Assembly: GCA_044450345.1 (NCBI GenBank)
Contig: JBIOIY010000005.1
Span: forward strand, 1-64,000
Origin: Thermodesulfovibrionales bacterium
GTDB taxonomy: Bacteria > Nitrospirota > Thermodesulfovibrionia > Thermodesulfovibrionales > UBA6898
DNA: 64,000 nt
Direction: 5' to 3'
The notes beneath the pieces are model-generated. The model was not told where the DNA came from and did no database searches. It saw nothing but the letters and a program-made list of their open reading frames with translations. Shown piece by piece: positions 57,206 through 64,000 of the stretch; within the stretch, counting starts at the first letter, position 1; every line of letters starts with the position of its first letter. A program made the translations under genes and the position numbers.

Positions 57206-58168
57206 TTATAAAATATTCCTCGCCCCTTCGTCATTTTTCCCGCCGCACCAGATTATTTCGTAAATGCCCGTTTTATTTTTCACGCCTTTGAGTTGTTCAT
57301 GTCCTATAAACCGGCACCGTATATCCTTGTCATCCCTGATCGCCTGATAAAGGTCCGCGGTGATGAATATGTGTTCAGGAGGCGCAATGGCCTGGACCCT
57401 GGAGGCTACATTGACGGAATTTCCAAAGACGTCATGGTCTTCGAACAATACAGCTCCCATGTTCATCCCGATCCGCAGGTAATAGCGCCCCGCTTCATCC
57501 GCTGTCCGGTTATGCTCTTTCAGGTCGGCCTGCATCTCCAGGGACGCCTTTGCCGCCTCATGAGGGTCGTCGAACACCGCAAGAATCGCATCGCCGATAT
57601 TTTTCACGTGGGCTCCCCGGTGGGCGCCTATTATCGATGACAGCATGCGATACAGGTTCAAGATCCACTTACGGGCGACGATCGTGCCCCTCTCCTGGAA
57701 GAAATCGACAGATCCTTTAAGGTCGGCAAAAAGGATTGTCATCGTCTTCCTGCGCTGTTGTATACATGCGGTCTCCTCATCTCCGGACGGATGGACTAAT
57801 GTATCATTGCCGGGTTCCGCGATCTTCACCACAGCCTCAAAAATAGGGGTGAAATTTAATCGTTGACCGTCCTTGATCCGGACCCTCTCCTTGGGCAACA
57901 GCCGTTCCCCTTCGAGGAACGTTCCGTTGCTTGAATTGAGGTCTATAACAAACCACGTCCCTTCACTCCTGACAAACCGGGCGTGTCTTCGTGATATCTC
58001 TTCGTGGATTTCAAGCACTTCCCTTCCGACCGCAGTGCGTCCCACAACATCTCCGTCTCTTACCTCGACGACCCTGCCGTCGGGCGAAGTTAAGGTGACC
58101 GTCCCTTCATGAGAAGGCCGATCATTCTTCTCCTCCTTAATCGGCTGTCTATGTTGTTCGGGGGTCAT
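57206..58168 (-). CDS. FHA domain-class III adenylate cyclase
   Basis: FHA: VGR..ISRRHA..DLNSSNGT. Cyclase: FADLKGS, KNIGDA, RIG, DVFGNSVNVASR. Confidence 0.88.
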   Translation of the reverse strand: MTPEQHRQPIKEEKNDRPSHEGTVTLTSPDGRVVEVRDGDVVGRTAVGREVLEIHEEISRRHARFVRSEGTWFVIDLNSSNGTFLEGERLLPKERVRIKDGQRLNFTPIFEAVVKIAEPGNDTLVHPSGDEETACIQQRRKTMTILFADLKGSVDFFQERGTIVARKWILNLYRMLSSIIGAHRGAHVKNIGDAILAVFDDPHEAAKASLEMQADLKEHNRTADEAGRYYLRIGMNMGAVLFEDHDVFGNSVNVASRVQAIAPPEHIFITADLYQAIRDDKDIRCRFIGHEQLKGVKNKTGIYEIIWCGGKNDEGARNIL

Positions 58169-58307
58169 AATCTTTCAGTGGAACGCTGCATTGAATCTCT
58201 TAGCTATAATGATACAGTCATAAAGAACTTTTTGGAAAGAGGGAAAATTACCCCGCGCCGCGGGAAACAAAAAAGGGCCTACATCTCTGCAGACCCTTGA
58301 TTTTAAT

Positions 58308-58384
<77 letters not shown>

Positions 58385-58396
58385 ATCGAGGTACTA

Positions 58397-58426
58397 AGAA
58401 TAACTCATTATCCTTCAGGATGTCAA
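58397..58426 (-). promoter_or_regulatory. Putative sigma70 promoter of the tRNA, TTGACA-N18-TATTCT
   Basis: Immediately upstream of the tRNA 5' end. Confidence 0.5.
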
Positions 58427-58456
58427 ATAAGGCCTTTGCCTCAATATACGCATCCT

Positions 58457-58909
58457 TTATTTGCTTACTCGGGACCTTACCGTATCGAGATATTTGATAA
58501 ATTCGTCGGGGTCCACTTTGTCGATAAAGCAGAGTTTCTTCCCTGTTGCGTCTTTCACGAGGTCTCCGCTCTTATCAAGAAAGATGAGCAGACAGTCGTT
58601 CTTAAATTCGTACTTCTCTCCTAGCTTCTGTTCTTCCTTCGAGAGTTTCCTGGTCAAATCTATCCTAATTGGTATGAAATCTTCCATTATCTTCCTGGCG
58701 ATGGAGGGGTTGTGGTAAACTTCTTTTTCGAGAAATTCGCACCTGGGACAGCCCTTTCCGAAAAAGAAATCTACGATGACCGGTTTCCCCTCGGCCTTTG
58801 ATTTTACCTGGCCTTCCGTGAGCGTATACCATCTGACGCCGCTGTCAGCTAACGCAAAGGAAGCTAAAAGCAGCCCTGCGACTATCATGACTATAACCGG
58901 CTTCTTCAT
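58457..58909 (-). CDS. Secreted thioredoxin-fold protein
   Basis: Signal peptide; KPVIVDFF..GCPRC. Confidence 0.8.
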   Translation of the reverse strand: MKKPVIVMIVAGLLLASFALADSGVRWYTLTEGQVKSKAEGKPVIVDFFFGKGCPRCEFLEKEVYHNPSIARKIMEDFIPIRIDLTRKLSKEEQKLGEKYEFKNDCLLIFLDKSGDLVKDATGKKLCFIDKVDPDEFIKYLDTVRSRVSK

Positions 58910-59066
58910 ATAGACCCCCCTTTGGAGTAAGGGCAACTCATGAATTGCCTTTACTACATCATGTTTAATTTATATTAGCACAATTCCAGACACCGGGCGC
59001 CTGATTCCAGGCCTGCCCACCGCTGAATTAGCGGGTTTTCCATCCTCATTTGTTTTACAATCAGAT

Positions 59067-61304
59067 ATGTCGATAACAGACTTTGTCAGGTACCTCGGTG
59101 ATGACAGGGAATTTCAGCTCCAGGTTGCCGGACACAAGTATATTCAGCCCAAGCCGCCCCGCTACGGGGAACTGGAGGTCGGTGACAGGCTAAAGGCCGC
59201 CTTTTCTCAAAAGGGGGTCGATCGCCTCTACCTTCACCAGACGGAGACGGTCGGACTCGTAAGAAAGGGCGTGAATGTCGTCCTGATGACCCCTACGGCC
59301 AGCGGCAAGAGCCTGGCATACAACATACCGGTACTGGAGACCATAATGGAGAACCCGGGCAGCACGGCGCTCTGCCTTTTTCCACTGAAGGGGCTCGAAC
59401 AGGACCAGTTGAGAAACCTGAATGAGCTTTCCGGTCTTCTCGGACTGGAGGAGACCGGAAAGGTATACGATGGGGACACGATCTCTTCTGCGAGAAGGGA
59501 TATCCGTGAATTCCTTCCCCATGTCATCTTCACGAACCCTGACATGCTGCATCTCGCGATTATGGCTTTCCACAATAAATGGGAAGAATTTTTTCGGAAC
59601 CTTAAATTCATAGTAATAGACGAGATCCACAGTTACCGAGGGGTCTTCGGTTCTCATGTGGCTCAGGTGTTCAGGAGGTTGAGGAGGGTATGCGATTTTT
59701 ACGACTCATCTCCGACCTTTATCGCCGCGTCCGCGACAATAGCGGACCCGTCCAAACTGGCCGGAGACCTTACCGGCCTCCCCTTCGAGACCGTGCGCGA
59801 AAACGGCGCTCCCTCGGCTGGGAAGCACTTTTATTTCATGAACCCGATCGAAAGCCCGTACACAGCGGCCACGAGACTCTTCGTGCAATGCATGAAGGCG
59901 GGCCTCCGGACGATCGTCTTTACCAAGGCGAGAAAGATCACCGAGCTCATCTACACATGGACATTGAACTACGCCCCTGAACTTCAGGGCAAGATAAGCC
60001 CGTACCGCGCCGGGTTCCTGCCGAAAGAAAGGCGCGAGATCGAGGCCAGGTTGTTCAGGGGTGAACTCCTGGGTGTGGTCTCCACCAGCGCGCTTGAACT
60101 CGGGGTCGACATAGGGGGGCTTGATTGCTGCATCCTATGCGGCTACCCCGGCTCCGTATCGAGTACGTGGCAGAGGGCGGGCCGGGTCGGCCGGCAGGGG
60201 GAAGAATCCCTCGTGGTGCTCATCGCCGGCCAGGACGCGCTCGATCATTATTTTATGAGGCACCCCGGCGAGTTCTTCGAAAAAAGCCATGAGGCCGCGG
60301 TAGTAGACGCAGAGAACAAAAACATACTGAAAAAACATTTGGTATGCGCGGCTGCAGAACTTCCCCTGAGTCGGGACGACGCTGTATATGATATGGAGAG
60401 GCATATGCCTGTTATAGATGAATTGGTGTCCGAAGGAGTGCTGTCTCCCGGAAAAAGGGGAGATGTATGGTTTTCCGTCGACAAACATCCGCAGCGGCAA
60501 GTGGCGATAAGGGCGGTGGGAGAGCGGTTCGCCCTTGTCAACGAAGCCGGGAGGCATATCGGTGAACTGAGCGGATGGAGGGTCTTCGGGGAGGCATTTC
60601 CGGGTGCGATATATCTGCACCGGGGCCGGCAGCACAGTGTCCTGGAACTTGACATCACAAAGAAGAAGGCGGTCTGCAAAGAAGTGAGGTCACAGTATTA
60701 CACTCAGCCACTAAGTGAGGGGAAAACGGAAATTATCGAAGAACAGGGAAAGAAGGGATTCAGGGGGACCGAGTTCAGTTGGGGCAGACTCAGGATGACC
60801 CAGAGAATCATCGGGTATGACAGGAAGAGGATCTTCGACAAGGTGAGGATCGCTACGCACGCGCTCTCTCTGCCGGAGTATGTCTTCGAGACCGAGGGCG
60901 TCTGGACCGTCATCGACAGGAAGATGAAGGCTGAGATCGAATCAGGAGGGTTCGACCTCGGCGGCACTCTCCACGCGCTCGAACATGCCGCAATCGCCTG
61001 CATGCCCTTGTTCGCCTTATGCGACCGCGGCGACATAGGGGGATTGAGCCATACAGGTTTCCCGGACTTCGGCCTTCCCGCGATCTTCGTGTATGATGGA
61101 CACGAAGGCGGGGTCGGACTCTCAAAAAGGGCCTTCGAGGTCCCAGGGGATTGGCTGAAGGCCACCCTTGGAATTATCGAGGAGTGTCCCTGTACGGGAG
61201 GCTGTCCGTCTTGCGTACAGGACCCCCAGTGCGGAAACAGGAACGAGCCGCTTGATAAGGAAGGCGCGAAATTTTTATTGAGGAAATGGCTGGCAGGATC
61301 ATAA
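59067..61304 (+). CDS. DEAD/DEAH helicase with C-terminal DUF1998 (MrfA/SftH/Hrq1-like)
   Basis: TPTASGKS, DEIH, SATI, STSALELGVDIG, QRAGRVGR, CPCTGGCPSC. Confidence 0.92.
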   Translation: MSITDFVRYLGDDREFQLQVAGHKYIQPKPPRYGELEVGDRLKAAFSQKGVDRLYLHQTETVGLVRKGVNVVLMTPTASGKSLAYNIPVLETIMENPGSTALCLFPLKGLEQDQLRNLNELSGLLGLEETGKVYDGDTISSARRDIREFLPHVIFTNPDMLHLAIMAFHNKWEEFFRNLKFIVIDEIHSYRGVFGSHVAQVFRRLRRVCDFYDSSPTFIAASATIADPSKLAGDLTGLPFETVRENGAPSAGKHFYFMNPIESPYTAATRLFVQCMKAGLRTIVFTKARKITELIYTWTLNYAPELQGKISPYRAGFLPKERREIEARLFRGELLGVVSTSALELGVDIGGLDCCILCGYPGSVSSTWQRAGRVGRQGEESLVVLIAGQDALDHYFMRHPGEFFEKSHEAAVVDAENKNILKKHLVCAAAELPLSRDDAVYDMERHMPVIDELVSEGVLSPGKRGDVWFSVDKHPQRQVAIRAVGERFALVNEAGRHIGELSGWRVFGEAFPGAIYLHRGRQHSVLELDITKKKAVCKEVRSQYYTQPLSEGKTEIIEEQGKKGFRGTEFSWGRLRMTQRIIGYDRKRIFDKVRIATHALSLPEYVFETEGVWTVIDRKMKAEIESGGFDLGGTLHALEHAAIACMPLFALCDRGDIGGLSHTGFPDFGLPAIFVYDGHEGGVGLSKRAFEVPGDWLKATLGIIEECPCTGGCPSCVQDPQCGNRNEPLDKEGAKFLLRKWLAGS

Positions 61305-61329
61305 CTCGAACGGAATTATTGGTTACACG

Positions 61330-61827
61330 TTAGATGCGTTTCTTGAGCCACTGAGCGGGCTTAATGACATGATACGCCCCATCGCCGTCGGAATAGACGA
61401 TCTTAACTATCCCTGCGTTGAGGATCATCCTCTTGCACATCATACAGGGCTCGGAAAGACATTCACCCGCCCCGCTGTCGGCCCCTGATATATAAATAGT
61501 CGCGCCTTTCAGTTCATCCGCAGAGGCCCGAATTATCGCATTCGCCTCGGCGTGCACGCTGTGACAGAGTTCGTACCGCTCGCCGTGAGGTATCTGCAAC
61601 TCCTTCCTCGTACACTTGCCGACGTCCAAACAATCCTTCACGCCCGATGCGGCCCCGTTATAGCCGGTGCTGACGATAATATTGTCCTTTGTAATGACCG
61701 CGCCGTATCTGCGTCTCAGGCAGGTCGCACGCGAAGAGACCGCCTTGGCTATGGTAACGAAATATTCATCCCAACCGGGTCTTGAATGTCTTAAGGTCTT
61801 TTTCGCCACGCTTTTCGGTTTGTGCAT
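61330..61827 (-). CDS. dCMP deaminase / ComEB family
   Basis: RPGWDEYF, TGYNG, HAEANAI, PCMMC. Confidence 0.9.
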   Translation of the reverse strand: MHKPKSVAKKTLRHSRPGWDEYFVTIAKAVSSRATCLRRRYGAVITKDNIIVSTGYNGAASGVKDCLDVGKCTRKELQIPHGERYELCHSVHAEANAIIRASADELKGATIYISGADSGAGECLSEPCMMCKRMILNAGIVKIVYSDGDGAYHVIKPAQWLKKRI

Positions 61828-61925
61828 GAAGTTATTATAACTAAAACCACAACCGCCTGTCTTCGCAGCGTCGTAATCGAGAAGACCTGCCGGAAAACAA
61901 CGAATCCGCTGCTATAGGCATCCCC

Positions 61926-62849
61926 TTACCTATGGGCAATTTTATCCTGACTCCACCAGTCCTTCTGCATGCTTATTCTTTTTATGAGAGACAAGGGAAG
62001 CCTTTGATACAATCTCCCGAGGTTGTAGCCCGCCAACTTTAGGGCCGTCCTTATCGCCAGTTCAGGGAGCAGGAGGTATTTCCCCTTGCGAACCAGGTAC
62101 CCCACGGCAGACCTGACATATGCCATCCCTTCGCCTTCCGCCTTGCCGAACTCCTCGAGGATCCACCCTTCGCACTGGTGAAAAACGCCGATGTCGAAGT
62201 ACCTTTTGAATTCCTGGAAGGCCGTATAATTGTGGGAGTGGTAGACCAATGCGTCTGCCGCATAGGCTATCTTGTACCCTGCGAGCAATAATTTAGCGCC
62301 CGCATAGGTATCTTCTGCCAAAATCAGTCTGTCCTTGAATCCGCCGACCCCAAGAAGTGCTTTTTTCCTATATGCCGAAAACGCATTCGACAAAAATGGA
62401 GTCTTGATCTTAAATTTTTCCTTGTCCGACATGCTCCTGAGGGAGGATGTTTCCGGATAATTAAAAAGCCTGAGGTGTGCGGCAAAGGGCGAAGCATCAG
62501 GATAGGGCACTTGCCGGCCGTACACCGCACCGACAGTCCCGTCCTCGAAAGGCCCCACGAGGTTTTCGATCGACCGGTCATCTAAAGGCAGCACATCCTG
62601 GGTGAGAAATATGACGATATCGCCCTTGGCCTCTTCTGCCGCCAGGGTGCGGGTGCCCCCGTGGTCGAACTCCCCCTTTTTGACCTTCATCAGCCTTGCT
62701 CCGAATGATGCGGCGATTAGGTGGGCCTCATCCGTTGACGAAGAGTCGACAATAATTATCTCAGACTGGACGGTCTGTGTCCTTAATTTCTCCAGGAGAT
62801 CACGCAACTCTTTCCCGGCGCCTAAAATGGGGATGATGACACTTATCAT
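61926..62849 (-). CDS. GT2 glycosyltransferase (rhamnosyltransferase-like)
   Basis: ISVIIP, VDSSSTD, FDHGGTR, FLTQD, VYHSHNY..F.RYFDIG. Confidence 0.88.
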   Translation of the reverse strand: MISVIIPILGAGKELRDLLEKLRTQTVQSEIIIVDSSSTDEAHLIAASFGARLMKVKKGEFDHGGTRTLAAEEAKGDIVIFLTQDVLPLDDRSIENLVGPFEDGTVGAVYGRQVPYPDASPFAAHLRLFNYPETSSLRSMSDKEKFKIKTPFLSNAFSAYRKKALLGVGGFKDRLILAEDTYAGAKLLLAGYKIAYAADALVYHSHNYTAFQEFKRYFDIGVFHQCEGWILEEFGKAEGEGMAYVRSAVGYLVRKGKYLLLPELAIRTALKLAGYNLGRLYQRLPLSLIKRISMQKDWWSQDKIAHR

Positions 62850-62984
62850 GATATGGATCGTCCCTTTGTCCCGCTATCCGGGTATTATACAGCAACGCCT
62901 CCTTTTCATGGGAAATGCCTTTGACAGCGCCCTCTTATGGCCCCTTTTTGGTAAAAAGATCAGCCCGTATGGTATACTTTTTGT

Positions 62985-64000
62985 ATGTCCGATTCGGATA
63001 CAAGCAGTACTTTGGATAAACCTTTTATCTCGGGCGATGACCTGCCCAAAGTGCCTTTCGTCTTAAACGGTATATCTTCGCGTTTCATCCGCGAGAGCCT
63101 GATCGTCCCGCTTGAGCTCAAACAGAACAGACTTAAGGTAGCGATGGCAAACCCTGAAGACTCGCAGACCATCGATGCCTTGAGGGTAGCAACATCGGCA
63201 GACGTAACTGTTTACGCCGCCGACCCCAAGGCCCTCAGCGACTATATAGCCAAGTTTTACGGTCAGGAGCCCCAGAACATTAACAAGATCGTCGAGGACA
63301 TGGGGGAAAAAGGATTTGAGTTCGTCAAGGATGAAGAGGAAGATGTAGGCCATTTAAAGGACCTCGCGTCGGAAGCGCCGATCATCAGACTGGTCAATCT
63401 TATCCTGACGAGGGCGATCGAGAGCAGGGCCAGCGACATCCATATAGAACCCTTCGAGGATGAATTGAAGGTCAGGTACCGGATAGACGGTGTCCTGCAC
63501 GAGACCGAATCCACGCCGAAGAAACTGCAGGCTGCGATCGTGTCGAGAATAAAGATCATGGCAAAGCTCAATATCGCCGAGAGGAGACTCCCTCAGGACG
63601 GCAGGATAAAACTCAAGGTAGGCCCCAAAGAAGTCGACCTCAGGGTTTCGACCATACCCGTCCTTCATGGCGAGAGCATAGTCATGAGGATCCTCCATAA
63701 AGAAGGCATCGTAGTAAATCTCGACCTTCTCGGGTTTCCGCCGGGAACGCTCGCGGGCTTCAACCAGGTCATCACAAAACCTAACGGGATAGTACTCGTC
63801 ACCGGCCCGACAGGCAGCGGGAAGACGACAACCCTTTACGGTGCGCTCGACAAGATAAATTCACCGGACAGGAAGATAATCACTGTCGAGGACCCCGTCG
63901 AGTACCAGCTCAAGGGTGTAAATCAGATCCAGGTCAAACCGCAGATCGGCCTGCTTTTCGCAAGTACGCTGCGTCATATCGTGAGGCAAGACCCTGACAT
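62985..64000 (+). CDS. gspE: GspE/PilB-family secretion ATPase (runs off the window end)
   Basis: Manual translation: ASDIHIEP, RIKIMAKLNIAERRLPQDGR, GPTGSGKTTTLY, TVEDPVEY, RQDPD. Confidence 0.88.
   Translation, partial: MSDSDTSSTLDKPFISGDDLPKVPFVLNGISSRFIRESLIVPLELKQNRLKVAMANPEDSQTIDALRVATSADVTVYAADPKALSDYIAKFYGQEPQNINKIVEDMGEKGFEFVKDEEEDVGHLKDLASEAPIIRLVNLILTRAIESRASDIHIEPFEDELKVRYRIDGVLHETESTPKKLQAAIVSRIKIMAKLNIAERRLPQDGRIKLKVGPKEVDLRVSTIPVLHGESIVMRILHKEGIVVNLDLLGFPPGTLAGFNQVITKPNGIVLVTGPTGSGKTTTLYGALDKINSPDRKIITVEDPVEYQLKGVNQIQVKPQIGLLFASTLRHIVRQDPD

Noticed and set aside
59067..61304. DISARM/Druantia-type defence system
   Set aside because: The DUF1998 helicase stands alone, with no methylase or partner genes; it fits a repair helicase.
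61330..61827. Anti-phage dCTP deaminase
   Set aside because: It is a short ComEB-type protein with no kinase domain and no defence context.

Overview
Bacterial chromosomal window, roughly 50-55% GC by eye. Gene style suggests an anaerobic Desulfobacterota/Nitrospirota-like organism (inference). Left to right it holds a truncated S1-repeat (rpsA-like) gene, a PstS-like binding protein/histidine kinase/receiver/diguanylate cyclase cassette, a six-gene Ehr-type (Hyf-like, no NiFe site) membrane complex, a CheB-CheR/PAS kinase unit, glgA, an ExeA/GspB pair, and an extra RpoD-like sigma factor divergent from a Crp regulator. Next come Wza/Wzc/O-antigen-ligase-family polysaccharide export genes. 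The most interesting locus follows: a ~2570-aa secreted adhesin-C25 (gingipain-like) protease gene leading a probable operon with PqqD/RRE, a radical SAM/SPASM enzyme, an unannotated 59-aa precursor peptide (YxxPxL leader, 3 Cys, C-terminal Ser), an HPr-kinase-like P-loop protein and a soluble S24/S26 peptidase. This is a candidate RiPP pathway that mixes lasso-peptide leader/kinase logic with radical SAM chemistry. To its right sit a flagellar regulatory module with no structural flagellar genes in the window (flgM, fliA, flhG, sigma54 activator, with visible sigma28, sigma54-like and FleQ-like sites), a Ser/Thr kinase, an FHA-adenylate cyclase, tRNA-fMet, a DUF1998 helicase, a dCMP deaminase, a GT2 and a truncated gspE. 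Several REP-like palindromes occur, two of them in frame at the same loop of two different histidine kinases. All calls come from motif recognition by eye; no database searches were run.
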